A model generated the notes under the pieces. It saw only the letters and a program-made list of their open reading frames with translations. It ran no database searches and was not told the origin of the DNA. Made by a program: the position numbers and the translations under genes. 64,000 nt of DNA from an uncultured delta proteobacterium. Lineage in GTDB: Bacteria > Myxococcota > B64-G9. Of the stretch, positions 1 to 9,974 are shown piece after piece; position 1 is the stretch's first letter, and every line of letters begins with the position of its first letter. Location: NCBI GenBank assembly GCA_963754925.1, contig CAVWHX010000004.1, forward strand, positions 1,120,001-1,184,000, written 5' to 3'.

Positions 1-322
1 GTAACGGGATGCGCGCAACATCGCCTGAAAGGTTGATATGGTACAGCCCGCACGGTGTTGCGGCGATGAATCCATGATTATCCAACGTGCGCACGCGGTT
101 TGGTTGCTCTTCCGAGCTCAGACAGGCGAGCGTTAGTTGAAGATCATCCGGCGGGCCAAGCCAAATGCCCGCTTTGCAAGCCAGTGCGAGGCGGCCGCCA
201 ATCTGGGCGGCGGAATCGCAGCCGCCGGGATAGAAGAAGGGTTCGGCCAACACGTAGGCATACCTTCCTTCCGAAAGCTGCGCGATAAGGGCGAGTACCA
301 TGAGATATCCACTGGCGGCCAT
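1..322 (-). CDS. hypothetical protein, partial (runs off the window start)
   Basis: Frame open from ATG at 322 to the window edge (MAASGYLMVLALIAQLSEGRYAYVLAEPFFYPGG...); no recognisable motif; not in the ORF track because it has no stop. Confidence 0.3.
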   Translation of the reverse strand, partial: MAASGYLMVLALIAQLSEGRYAYVLAEPFFYPGGCDSAAQIGGRLALACKAGIWLGPPDDLQLTLACLSSEEQPNRVRTLDNHGFIAATPCGLYHINLSGDVARIPL

Positions 323-466
323 GCAACGCTCCCGTATTGGTTCCCGCCTCCCTTGCAGCAGGTATGCCAGCACCGTACGAAAGCGCTAAGGGCTCGATTG
401 TTCTATCGGGCGTCGACTGCACCGATACGGACATGACGTGTCGGGTGACCGAAAATCGGACAGGGG

Positions 467-1351
467 TTATGTGCGGTGGCTGCGGTTGCGCGCCACCGAT
501 AGGACCATGGTTTGGCCATGGTGCTCAAACAACTGGGAGTGGACTTCCACCGGTATGGCGACGCCGGATTTGGAAACGAACTCGGATTCGAAAAGGGCTT
601 TACGCTCGGCCAGCAATAACTCTTTTATACCAGTCAGCATCTGTTGTTGGTGGGAAGGCAATAAATCGCGCAGCGACTTACCCAGCAATTCGGTACGGGT
701 GTAACCCAGCGTCAAACACGCTTGTTCATTGAGGTCAAGGAAGCGGTCCAGTCCGCGCTCGCTTGATATGTCATTGACGAACAGCACGTCCGAAATGGCG
801 TTGAACAAAGCGCGCGCGTGCCCCTCGCTCTGACGCAAATCCTCCATAGTTCGGCGCAGCTCTTCGTTGATTGCCAGCAAACGGTTGACCAGCTGCAGGC
901 GTTCGACCATCAGCCGCTTACGATTGCGCGCCCAGCGCACCTTCTCGATAACCACGCGCAGATGAGGAAAAGGCTTAATGAGATAATCACAGGCGCCCAA
1001 CCTGAGCGCCTCGACCGCGCTTTCGATCGAGGCGTAGGCGGTGATTAAGATCACCTCCGCTTGGGGCAGGTCGCGCTTGATGGTCTTGAGCAGCTCAAGA
1101 CCGGACATCCCCGGTAGATTTTTGTCCAAGAGCACCACATCGGGGGGATGCGCCGTTATGACATTGAGAGCTTCCTCGGCATTGATCGCGATGGCGACCG
1201 AAAACTCCTCGGCGAGCGCGTTCGAAAGAACCATCCCGATAACATCCTCATCGTCGACCACCAGCACTCTACTCGCATCGGGCAGTCCTTTATAAGGACT
1301 CGCGCTTTCCATGGAAACATTCACGGGGGCTCCTTCGGCCATGCTCATCAC
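467..1351 (-). CDS. response regulator receiver + PAS domain protein
   Basis: RVLVVDDE, phospho-Asp region VLLDKNLPGMSG, LIKPF; coiled coil, then a PAS-like domain (FLDLNEQACLTLGYTRTELLGK...IPVEV). Confidence 0.85.
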   Translation of the reverse strand: MMSMAEGAPVNVSMESASPYKGLPDASRVLVVDDEDVIGMVLSNALAEEFSVAIAINAEEALNVITAHPPDVVLLDKNLPGMSGLELLKTIKRDLPQAEVILITAYASIESAVEALRLGACDYLIKPFPHLRVVIEKVRWARNRKRLMVERLQLVNRLLAINEELRRTMEDLRQSEGHARALFNAISDVLFVNDISSERGLDRFLDLNEQACLTLGYTRTELLGKSLRDLLPSHQQQMLTGIKELLLAERKALFESEFVSKSGVAIPVEVHSQLFEHHGQTMVLSVARNRSHRT

Positions 1352-1486
1352 CTGATCGTATCGAAATGTCTATCACTTAAGGGTAAACATCGGCAAGAAA
1401 CCGACTCTGTCTCATACTGCATTAATAGTATCATATTTTTTATTAATGCGCTAACGGTGAGGAGCGCGATGTGCCGAGGGCGCTCC

Positions 1487-2281
1487 TTAACTTTCGACTA
1501 TTCGCCGATACTCTTCCTCGTCATAGAACACTTTCATCAGGCATAACCCGTTAGCCGGCGCCGTCTTGCCGGCGTTCCCGCGATCTCGACTGTTTAAAAC
1601 CTGAGCCAGATGCTCTACCGGTTTTCGTCCCTGACCTATCTCAATGCAGGTACCGACCATGATGCGCACCATGTGCTTGAGAAATGCCCGCCCCCATAGG
1701 TCGAAGGTGATTTCGGGCAATTCGACCGTCCAGCGAAGCCGATCGATCGAGCGCACGGAGCTTCCCGTATCGCCGCCTGACGCCTGAAAGGCGGCAAAGT
1801 CGTGTGTGCCGAGCAGGCATTCACTGGCCCGTTGCATTGCGGGTACATCCAAACGTTTGCGCAAATGCCAGCGGAAGTCGCGCTGAAAGACCGGACGAAC
1901 CGGGTCGTTATGGATGGCATAGCGGTAATGCTTGCCGCGAACGTCCCAGCGGGGCCTGAAGCTTGGCGCGGCTGGCTCGATGGATACCACGGCGATATCC
2001 TCGGGCAACCACGCGTTAAGACCTTTTCGTAATGTCTCCAGATCGTGGTGGCCGCTATCTTTCAGGGTCACCACCTGACCGATGGCGTGTACGCCGGAAT
2101 CGGTCCGGCCGGCGGCGTTGGCGCGAACGCTGAGTCCGGTCATGCGTTTATACGCTTCTTCGAGAACCGCCTGAACCGAAAGTCCGTTGGCCTGGATCTG
2201 CCAGCCGCAATAGCGGGTGCCCTGATACGCGATCACCAGGCGGCAGACCCCGGTGCGAACCTGTACCGTACGCTGAGACAC
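1487..2281 (-). CDS. truA: tRNA pseudouridine(38-40) synthase TruA
   Basis: AYQGTRYCGWQ, AGRTDSGVHA catalytic motif, GTHDFAAF, FLKHMVRIMVG, APANGLCL. Confidence 0.97.
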   Translation of the reverse strand: MSQRTVQVRTGVCRLVIAYQGTRYCGWQIQANGLSVQAVLEEAYKRMTGLSVRANAAGRTDSGVHAIGQVVTLKDSGHHDLETLRKGLNAWLPEDIAVVSIEPAAPSFRPRWDVRGKHYRYAIHNDPVRPVFQRDFRWHLRKRLDVPAMQRASECLLGTHDFAAFQASGGDTGSSVRSIDRLRWTVELPEITFDLWGRAFLKHMVRIMVGTCIEIGQGRKPVEHLAQVLNSRDRGNAGKTAPANGLCLMKVFYDEEEYRRIVES

Positions 2282-2299
2282 GATACGCTTCCGCGTGAG

Positions 2300-4381
2300 C
2301 TAAAATTCCACCATCATGCCGAACATGATGTTGTTACCGGAGAGGTTCATACTGGAACTACTGCCGAAATTATTGATAAAAGAGGCCTGGTATTCAACAA
2401 ACAGGTAGGTATTTATAATGCCGACAGAGTTTTCGAGGTTTGCGGCGGCCTCACGATCTATGACATTCAACAGAAACTTTATTCCGCCAAGGACATGAAA
2501 GCCAAAGATGCCGCCTTTGCCATGGACGGTGTTAACGTTGGCAGGGACGGGGGGAGGGGGATAGCTCGAAATGGCGCCGACGCCGTTGGTTGACCACCAG
2601 AAATAGTAGGAGATTCCCCCGCCGACATACGGAACCAATGGTACGTTCCACCACCGCACCATCATGTCAAAGGCGTAGGCGGCCGTCAATCGAAGTGGAA
2701 ACAAATTCAGGGCGCTGGTATCGGAAGAAACCGTGCCGCTTTCGGTTAACCCTTTGCCAAGGTATTGAACGAATCCGAACGATCCGCCGATGGTGATTAC
2801 CCCAAAACGCCGCCAGATCTCATAGTCGCCGCCAATTTCAAAAAGCCAGCGTTTTTTGCCGCCAAAAATGGTCTTAAAAGGGACGTTCTGAAGACCCGAT
2901 TCGCTGTCCACCGACGGATAGTACGGACCAGTCCGAAGCTGTATCTGAAATAGAGGTTCTCCGGCCTGGGCTTTGATCGGGAGCGCGGCCATGGCAAAAA
3001 AAAGGAGCGTCGCGCCGACCGCCGTGCCAGATTTAGAGATGCGCAAGCGGCGCGACCATCGAACGCCCCCCCAGGCGATCAGGAGAGCGCTTGCAAGCAA
3101 CAGAAGCGCGCCGATCCCCAGGTAGTTGATGGCTTTGGCCACGGCGACCACGGGCAGCAGCACGCCACGAGCAACGGTGCGGTAAAAAGCCGAGTCGCGG
3201 ATGGCGCGCGCCCAACGGGGCCCGTACTGATAGTAGGCGGCGATGAAATCGCGTCCAATTTGACTCTGGGACAACGTCGTATCCCTAAATTGGCGCAGTG
3301 ACGCAACCATGGAATCGTTGTACGAACCATAGGCGGCCGTGGCCACGAAACAAAAACCACCCTTATCCTTTCCGCCGTCTTTCTGATAGGTTCTAAAGAA
3401 GTCGTAAATTACTATCGGTGTGCCGGGAAGAGTATTCGAATTGGCGCCCACATTCTGAGCACAGTCCACGGCCGCAACCATTACATCATAATTAACGCCG
3501 TCGGTGAGGCCGCTGATCTGATAGCTCCCCGAGGTGGGAGGGGTGGTGGTGGTAGTGGGGCTACAGGCGGTGTTCAGAGTAAGAGTATCGGTGGACCAAG
3601 CAGCGTTTGGATCCGTGGAGTGGACACGGTAGTAGATATTGTAGCTGGCCAAATCAGTGTCGGCAGGCGCCGTCCAGGAGACTTTGAGGTTGGTATCGCC
3701 CGGGGTGACATCGTTTAAAGTCGGGGCGCCCGGCGGATTGAAGTCGAAGAGTATCGGCGCTCCGCCCTTATATGCATAGTCAACGGTACTCCCTATAGTA
3801 TTAGGATCCGTATATGGGCCTTCCTGCCATTGGATACAAAAATAGAGGTATTCTTGAAATTTAGATTGGCATGGGTCAGAACCTGCTGAGACATTGGCGA
3901 GAACATAAAAATCATTGGTGTTCGTTGTTGAAGTCAATGCCTCTTCAAGTGTCATCGTGTTTGGGTTCGATGTGTCGTCAGGAAAGGTGCCGGAGGGCTC
4001 GAGTTGATATGCTTTAATATCGACATCCTGCCCGGCAACAAACGTACTAGAGCCGAGGGTACCTGTGCTCTTATTCCTAATTTCTAAATCGTCGGTTCCA
4101 CAGCCACTACTCATCGAGAAAAAGGCATCGGCCCATTCTGTATTTTCCCAGGCAAAAAATGGATAGGTGGTCGTCGTGCCTGTCGTTTTTGTCTGAGAGG
4201 CACTCCAACCAATGCTTAAAAAGACATTACTGGCGTTATTACAATCGGCTAAATTTACATACGGGTGAGATGGTGCAGTTAGAAGAACAGTTATATATGG
4301 ACTTTGATCGGCGAGTGTTTGCGCATTTGATTGAGAGGCGATCGATAAAACTAACAGAAAAACCCCAAACCGCGTTTTCAC
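2300..4381 (-). CDS. secreted FN3 + CFI-box-CTERM-like domain fused to a C-terminal outer-membrane beta-barrel
   Basis: N-terminal signal peptide; FN3 (PGAPTL...LKVSWTAP...YQISGLTDGVNYDVMVAAVD); GGFCFVATAAYGS...LRQFRD...YYQYGP box; TM helix; alternating beta-strands ending in terminal Phe (MMVEF). Confidence 0.7.
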   Translation of the reverse strand: MKTRFGVFLLVLSIASQSNAQTLADQSPYITVLLTAPSHPYVNLADCNNASNVFLSIGWSASQTKTTGTTTTYPFFAWENTEWADAFFSMSSGCGTDDLEIRNKSTGTLGSSTFVAGQDVDIKAYQLEPSGTFPDDTSNPNTMTLEEALTSTTNTNDFYVLANVSAGSDPCQSKFQEYLYFCIQWQEGPYTDPNTIGSTVDYAYKGGAPILFDFNPPGAPTLNDVTPGDTNLKVSWTAPADTDLASYNIYYRVHSTDPNAAWSTDTLTLNTACSPTTTTTPPTSGSYQISGLTDGVNYDVMVAAVDCAQNVGANSNTLPGTPIVIYDFFRTYQKDGGKDKGGFCFVATAAYGSYNDSMVASLRQFRDTTLSQSQIGRDFIAAYYQYGPRWARAIRDSAFYRTVARGVLLPVVAVAKAINYLGIGALLLLASALLIAWGGVRWSRRLRISKSGTAVGATLLFFAMAALPIKAQAGEPLFQIQLRTGPYYPSVDSESGLQNVPFKTIFGGKKRWLFEIGGDYEIWRRFGVITIGGSFGFVQYLGKGLTESGTVSSDTSALNLFPLRLTAAYAFDMMVRWWNVPLVPYVGGGISYYFWWSTNGVGAISSYPPPPVPANVNTVHGKGGIFGFHVLGGIKFLLNVIDREAAANLENSVGIINTYLFVEYQASFINNFGSSSSMNLSGNNIMFGMMVEF

Positions 4382-4427
4382 ATCGGCCTCGCTTTCATGA
4401 GGGTACTACCATGGGCAGCGATTAATT

Positions 4428-4443
4428 CGCAAATTACATGCCA
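4428..4443 (-). promoter_or_regulatory. sigma54 (-24/-12) promoter
   Basis: Minus-strand TGGCATGTAATTTGCG has GG-N10-GC spacing, about 47 bp upstream of the 4381 start, with an AT-rich region further upstream. Confidence 0.65.
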
Positions 4444-4587
4444 TGCGCATGATTTTTGTAGCCAAAATATTCTTTTTTATTCACCATGTTATTTGGAGCA
4501 ATTGCTGCACTTTTTCTTTTATCGTGCACAATTGTCAATGAAACTAACCTTTAAGCAGTATTTTGGACAAATTGTCAATTATTAGAG

Positions 4588-5229
4588 TTAGACCCCTATC
4601 TTATGGCAGTCGGTATACACCGGGCACGCGGGGCAATCCGGCCGAATCGGCTTGCAGATGGTTTTTCCATGGCGGACAAACAGATCGTTGACCCGTGACC
4701 ACCATTTCTTGGGCACGACCTTTTTCAAGACCGTCTCCGTCGCCTCGGGGTTTTTGGTTGCGACCCAGCCGAGACGGTTTGAGATGCGGTGCACGTGGGT
4801 ATCCACCGGCAACGCCGTTCCGCTGAACGCATAGACCACCACGCAACCGGCGGTCTTACGCCCGACGCCCGGGAGTTTGGTCAGCTCCTCGAAGCTTTCG
4901 GGCACGTCGCCGTGATGCTGACTAACCAACGCCCGCGCCACGGCCACCAATCGGCGGCTCTTGATTCGATAGAGTCCGAGGTGTCGTAAGTGTTTCTCAA
5001 CGTCGGTCGGCCGGGCGGCGGCAAGGGCATAGGCGTCGGGAAAGACGTTCAAGAGGTCCGCGGCAACGTGCTCGGTTACTTCGTCTCGGGCGCGCGCCGA
5101 TAGTATGGTCGTTACCAATGAGCGAAACGGTTGGCCGGGGCCAAGCCGTGCGAGCATGGTTTTACCCTGCTGCGCGGTGAGGCACTCGAGCACGCGGACG
5201 ACCAGGGCGCGGGTGATTTTTTTCCGCAT
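4588..5229 (-). CDS. nth: endonuclease III (HhH-GPD glycosylase with 4Fe-4S cluster)
   Basis: LPGVGRKTA HhH motif, VDTHVHRISNRLG, C-terminal CKPIRPDCPACPVYTDC. Confidence 0.93.
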   Translation of the reverse strand: MRKKITRALVVRVLECLTAQQGKTMLARLGPGQPFRSLVTTILSARARDEVTEHVAADLLNVFPDAYALAAARPTDVEKHLRHLGLYRIKSRRLVAVARALVSQHHGDVPESFEELTKLPGVGRKTAGCVVVYAFSGTALPVDTHVHRISNRLGWVATKNPEATETVLKKVVPKKWWSRVNDLFVRHGKTICKPIRPDCPACPVYTDCHKIGV

Positions 5230-5286
5230 GGCCTATAGTGCCTGGTGACGAGATTATATGTCAATGGAACTGAATATTGGCTACTA

Positions 5287-5565
5287 GGTCACTTTCAAAC
5301 GAACTCTGGGTATTCGTCAGTTGGCAGCAACTTAGCAGGATGTCATTTCGAGCGTTAGAGCCCGTTAGCGAACGCAGTGAGCTTTACGGGCTCTTATCCC
5401 TTTAGGGATAGCGAGAAATCTAAACAGCAATGAGAGCGTATTTAGATATCTCCCTCCGGTCGATATGACATCCCTTCGGTCGATATGACAATGTATTCGG
5501 TTATGGATCAGTTTGCCGTGTCGTTCGACGAACACCCAGAGTTCGTTTGAAAGTGACCCACTGCC
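5287..5565. repeat. composite intergenic repeat: outer 32-bp inverted repeats enclosing a GTCATTTCGAGCG-type REP with a nested hairpin element
   Basis: 5287-5318 is the reverse complement of 5527-5558 with 1 mismatch; gtcatttcgagcg...agcgagaaatct at 5342-5421; 20-bp tandem duplication at 5451-5490. Confidence 0.8.
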
Positions 5566-5593
5566 CTAATTATGAGGTACGCACTCTCCAAAC

Positions 5594-5622
5594 TTGACAG
5601 ACCATCATTCACTGCCTAGGCT
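5594..5622 (+). promoter_or_regulatory. sigma70-type promoter for the TolC-MlaC genes
   Basis: TTGACA-17bp-TAGGCT followed by an AGGAGG RBS. Confidence 0.6.
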
Positions 5623-5639
5623 CATGCCAGTTTCAGGAG

Positions 5640-7043
5640 GTGCCGATGCGCGCTCATTACGTGGTTGGATTGGTTTGTGTATTGGTATCTTTTTCCGGTT
5701 TCGCCGAAGAAGCAGCGCCGTTGACGCTCAACGATCTCCTTAAAGCTGCGCTCGAGCACGACGGACGCGTCCTGGCGGCCCATGCCCAGCTCGATTCATA
5801 TCGCGCCCGCTATCAGGAGGCGTGGCTCAGCTGGGTCCCGGTGATCAACTTTGAGGCAGCGTTCGGCTATCCGGTCGGCCAGCGTCGCCTCACCTGTACC
5901 CCGGGCAATCCTGAAAATCCTGATGAATGTTTGTCAGTGAACGGTAGAAGGGTCAATATCAACTTCGGGGCAGGTTCGAGTTTTGCGATTGGCGGCAAGC
6001 TTGAAACCGCATATCCGCTCTACACCTTTGGCAAGATCACCGCCACCAAGGATGCTGCCGCGGCCGGGGTGGAGGGGGGCACGGCCGGCATCGCCCAGGC
6101 GCGTCAAGAGATAGCGCTGGAAGTGCGCCGGGCGTACTACGACTGGTCGCTCGCCAGGGCGGCGATCGCCATTCTCGAGGACGGTCAGGATAAATTCAAC
6201 GAGGCCGATAAAAAATTACAAAAAATGCTTGATGACATGAATGAGGACGTTACCGATACGGACCAATTCAAGTTGCGCTATTATTCCACCCAGGTGACGG
6301 TTATGTTGTTGCAGGCCCGCCAGGGCCAAAACCTGACATTGGCGGCCCTGCGTTCTTTAACCGGCATCGAAGACCTTGGTGAAGGGCGTACGCTAACCGA
6401 GCAAGACCTCTCGGCCCCAACCACCTTCACGCCTGAAAAACGCGATGTGTATATCGACCACGCGATACGCGCCCGCCCCGACCTCAAGATGCTCTCGTCT
6501 GCGCTGAAGGCAGGATACGCGCAGGTTGACTTACAGAAGGCCTACTTTTTCCCGGATTTATTTCTAAACGCGTATCTCAAGGGTTCATACTCGCCCGTGC
6601 AGGACTATATTAGCAACCCCTTGTTGCAACAGGGCCTGACATCCTACGATGTCGGCGCTTCACTGGGATTGCGCTTGAGCCTCGACTTTCCACAAAAGGT
6701 AGCCCGGCTGCACCAGGCCCAAGCCGAACGGACAAAACTTCAGGCACAGATTGAGCACGCGCGCGCCGCTCTCGGCTTGGAGATTGACAAATATCTTGAG
6801 GAAGTTACCCTGCAGGTGGCCTCGGTCGAAGCCAATCAAAAGGGCAGCCGAGCAGCCAAGTCCTGGATGCGGGCCAATTGGGTGAGCTACGGGGTAGGAT
6901 TCTCAAATACCAAGGATCTCCTCGATTCGCTCGTCGCCAACGCCAAGAGCCAGATGGATGTTGACAGGGCCGCTCATGATTTACTGATGTCTATCGATCA
7001 GTTGCAGATGGCCGTCGGCGAAGATCTTGGTCAGGCTCAATAA
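5640..7043 (+). CDS. TolC family outer-membrane efflux protein (start probably ATG 5646)
   Basis: Signal peptide; LTLNDLLKAAL, YPLYTFGKI, EVRRAYY and RPDL OEP repeat signatures. Confidence 0.85.
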   Translation: MPMRAHYVVGLVCVLVSFSGFAEEAAPLTLNDLLKAALEHDGRVLAAHAQLDSYRARYQEAWLSWVPVINFEAAFGYPVGQRRLTCTPGNPENPDECLSVNGRRVNINFGAGSSFAIGGKLETAYPLYTFGKITATKDAAAAGVEGGTAGIAQARQEIALEVRRAYYDWSLARAAIAILEDGQDKFNEADKKLQKMLDDMNEDVTDTDQFKLRYYSTQVTVMLLQARQGQNLTLAALRSLTGIEDLGEGRTLTEQDLSAPTTFTPEKRDVYIDHAIRARPDLKMLSSALKAGYAQVDLQKAYFFPDLFLNAYLKGSYSPVQDYISNPLLQQGLTSYDVGASLGLRLSLDFPQKVARLHQAQAERTKLQAQIEHARAALGLEIDKYLEEVTLQVASVEANQKGSRAAKSWMRANWVSYGVGFSNTKDLLDSLVANAKSQMDVDRAAHDLLMSIDQLQMAVGEDLGQAQ

Positions 7044-7137
7044 CACGCCGGCGGTGTTAATAATTTTCGTCATATGAATGCCGAGGGACAGCTGGCCGTC
7101 GGATTTGATGATAGTGAAAATAAAAAACGGAGGTAGA

Positions 7138-7800
7138 ATGGTAGCGGCACCAATAGCCAAATGCATCATCAGGGCTGCGTTGTGTCTGGCGTTGATCCCT
7201 CGCCTGGCGTGGTCCATAGAACCCCCCAAACAGGTCATTCAAAACGGCGCCGAACAGGTGCGCGAGATTCTTAAGAAAAAGGTGGTCAAGGGTTCAGCCG
7301 AAGAGCAAGCCCAAAAGAACAAGCTTAAAAAGGTGGTCGACGGTTTTCTCGACTATCGTGAGCTCGCCATGCGCTCGCTGGGCCCCCACTGGAAAGGACG
7401 CACCCCGGTCGAGCAGCGCGACTTTGTGCAACTGCTGCGCGATTTGATCGATTCTTCGTACACCGGGGCGATCCGCGATAACATCGATTTTATGATGAAA
7501 TATCTACCCGAGGAAATCGATCCGGACGGCGCGACCGCGTCGGTGCCGACGGTGGCAAGCGCAAAAGACAGCAAAGGGAAACTCGTCAGTGAGGATATTC
7601 TCTTTCATATGTTTCTCAAAAATAACAGATGGATGATCTATGACATTGAGTTTGACGATCTGTCCCTCGTGCGGCACTACCGCAGCGAGTTCAACCGCAA
7701 GATAAAAAAAGAATCGTATGCGGCTCTGGTTGCGGTGATGAAGAAAAAGCTCGATGAAGTTAAAGAGGGAAAATTCGAAAAGAAAATCGATGTCGATTGA
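7138..7800 (+). CDS. mlaC: MlaC/Ttg2D family periplasmic ABC substrate-binding protein
   Basis: GGAGG RBS before ATG 7138; DYRELAMRSLGPHWK, WMIYDI...SLVRHYRSEF. Confidence 0.8.
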   Translation: MVAAPIAKCIIRAALCLALIPRLAWSIEPPKQVIQNGAEQVREILKKKVVKGSAEEQAQKNKLKKVVDGFLDYRELAMRSLGPHWKGRTPVEQRDFVQLLRDLIDSSYTGAIRDNIDFMMKYLPEEIDPDGATASVPTVASAKDSKGKLVSEDILFHMFLKNNRWMIYDIEFDDLSLVRHYRSEFNRKIKKESYAALVAVMKKKLDEVKEGKFEKKIDVD

Positions 7801-7829
7801 CCGAATCCGTTGAACCCCAAGACCTACTC

Positions 7830-7957
7830 GTCATTCCCACGAACGTGGGAATCCAGCAATAGCTAATTTGGATCCCCACCTTAGAGATTGTAGCGAGCGA
7901 AACGAAGTTGAGCGAGGCGTACAATCTCTTATCCCTTTAGGGGTTCGCGGGGATGAC
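7830..7957. repeat. REP-like doublet (GTCATTCCC...GGAATCCA) with a 63-bp insert in the second copy
   Basis: gtcattcccacgaacgtgggaatcca followed by inverted tggatccccacc[insert 7881-7943]ttcgcggggatgac, between convergent genes. Confidence 0.8.
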
Positions 7958-7964
7958 GTCTTGG

Positions 7965-9773
7965 TTACTCCCTGAAAATTTCTAGGTCCGCCGATATCCC
8001 ACGCTGTTTGAGATCTTCATAGAACTTCGGGATAATGCCGGTCGTTATGAAGGTTCCCTTGACTTCATGGGTATCATCCATGGGATCTTGCTTGTAATAA
8101 AAAATATCCTGCATGTTGATGACGTCGGCTTCCATTCCCGAGATCTCGCTGATAAGGGAGATTTTGTGCGATCCATCCACAAACGGAGTTATTTGAACGA
8201 TGACGTTGACGGCCGAAGCAATCTGTTCGCGAACGGCGCGCAGGGGCAGGTTTACGCCGGAGGTCAACACCATGCTCTCCAGCTTGGCCAGGCAATCGAT
8301 CGGTGAATTCGCATGGAGGGTAAAGAGAAAATTATGACCAGCGTTCATGGCCTGCACGATATCCAGCGTTTCATTGCCGAGGCATTCGCCCAGCACTATG
8401 CGGTTGGGGTTCATGCGTAGGCTGTTGTGCACCAGGTCACGGATAGTGATCCCGCCCGCGCCAATGCTATCGGGTGCGCGCGCCGCGAGCGCCACACAAT
8501 GCGCCTGGGGGAGTTGCAGCTCGGCCGCATCCTCGATGGTGATGATGCGCTCGCCCTCCGGGATGCGGGCGGCGAGACAATTGAGCAGGGTGGTCCTGCC
8601 GGAACCATACATGCCCGAGATAACCACGTTCTTACGAGCCGCGATGCACATATCGAGAAAATCAGCCATGCTGCGCGTCAGCGTGCCGAAGGCGACCAAC
8701 TGATCGATGTTCATGGTTTGTTGCTTAGGCTTGCGAACGGTGAGCGCAGGGCCCCGCAGCGCCAGCGGCGGGATGACGATGTTGACGGCCGCGCCATTCA
8801 TCAAACGCACATCGACCATCGGCGAGCTATCGCTGACATGTCTGCCCAGCGGGGCAAGTAAGCGTTCGATCACGTCCATGAGCGCGGCGTCGGAAGAAAA
8901 GATCTTGCTCGACTGAGTTACCTCACCGTCGCTCGTTACAAAGATCTGCCGCGCGTTATCAACCATAATTTCTCTGACGCTATCGTCTGCGAAAAACTCG
9001 TCGAGCGGGCCAAGGCCGAGCAACTCACGTTCCACATCCGTGATCAGCGACTCGCCGTTGGCCCACGACGGGACCGACGTTTGACCGACGACCTCACGGA
9101 CAACCTGGTCGGTTTGGCCCCGCACGTCATGGAGCTGATCGATGCTCTTGTCGCGAAGGTCGACGCGTTCGAGCACCCGCTTCCGTACGTCGCCGAGCAG
9201 AAGGGCGTACTGTTCAGCTTGTTGATCGAGCTCGCTGCGCACGACAGGCGATGTCGACTCCTTTATCGGGGGTCTTACCGGAGTGACCAATCGAGGGGCG
9301 GCATCCGAAGGTCTCGGCGGCTTGGATTCAGCGGCCGAAAACCCGTTGCTCTCCGCGAGGCTCTCGCCACCCGAATTACCGTCGCCGATATTCTTTTCCC
9401 GCTCGTAGGTATCGCTCCCGCCATCCGGACGCCGTCTGGCTTGACGCTCGCTCAATGGCTGCTGATAGTCAAAAGCGACGTCGTTGGGTTCATTAACGGT
9501 TATCGAGAAATCGCCAATCTGGATTTTGTCCAATGAATGCAGCGCCTGCTTCGCGGAAATGCGCTTGCCGTTGACAAAGGTTCCGTTCGTGCTTTCAAGA
9601 TCAAAGACGAAAATAGTGTTGTCACGGACCTCGATGCGGGCGTGCTTCTTTGAAACGTTGGATCGCTGCAGAACGACATCGTTGCCCTGCACTCGTCCGA
9701 TGGAAATTTCGTCCTGCTGGAAATCAAGCCGCTTGGCCGCGCCGCCTTTTTCAGCGATTGTGATGCTTACCAT
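7965..9773 (-). CDS. cpaF: FHA domain + CpaF/TadA family ATPase
   Basis: FHA (IGRVQGND...VSKKHA...DLESTNGTFVNG); LLGLGPL, SPMVD, Walker A variant GMYGSGRTT, ITIEDAAEL, LRMNPNRIVLGEC, TLHAN. Confidence 0.85.
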   Translation of the reverse strand: MVSITIAEKGGAAKRLDFQQDEISIGRVQGNDVVLQRSNVSKKHARIEVRDNTIFVFDLESTNGTFVNGKRISAKQALHSLDKIQIGDFSITVNEPNDVAFDYQQPLSERQARRRPDGGSDTYEREKNIGDGNSGGESLAESNGFSAAESKPPRPSDAAPRLVTPVRPPIKESTSPVVRSELDQQAEQYALLLGDVRKRVLERVDLRDKSIDQLHDVRGQTDQVVREVVGQTSVPSWANGESLITDVERELLGLGPLDEFFADDSVREIMVDNARQIFVTSDGEVTQSSKIFSSDAALMDVIERLLAPLGRHVSDSSPMVDVRLMNGAAVNIVIPPLALRGPALTVRKPKQQTMNIDQLVAFGTLTRSMADFLDMCIAARKNVVISGMYGSGRTTLLNCLAARIPEGERIITIEDAAELQLPQAHCVALAARAPDSIGAGGITIRDLVHNSLRMNPNRIVLGECLGNETLDIVQAMNAGHNFLFTLHANSPIDCLAKLESMVLTSGVNLPLRAVREQIASAVNVIVQITPFVDGSHKISLISEISGMEADVINMQDIFYYKQDPMDDTHEVKGTFITTGIIPKFYEDLKQRGISADLEIFRE

Positions 9774-9933
9774 AGCCTACTCCCTTGTATCCAAACCCCT
9801 GCAGGTAATTATTATGATACCTCCATCTGGTCGGGATTCAATCCAGCCGTTAATCTCAGTCTAAAAAACAATCGATTGCCAATACCATCGATTTTCGCTT
9901 GACACAACCTGTTCATTGGATCAAATCTAAGAT

Positions 9934-9952
9934 ATTGACATGTTAGTCAATC
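9934..9952. promoter_or_regulatory. palindromic TetR-type operator
   Basis: ATTGAC-ATGTTA-GTCAAT just upstream of the TetR start; near-identical copy at 34554. Confidence 0.7.
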
Positions 9953-9974
9953 AACTTAATAATCGGATACCTTA

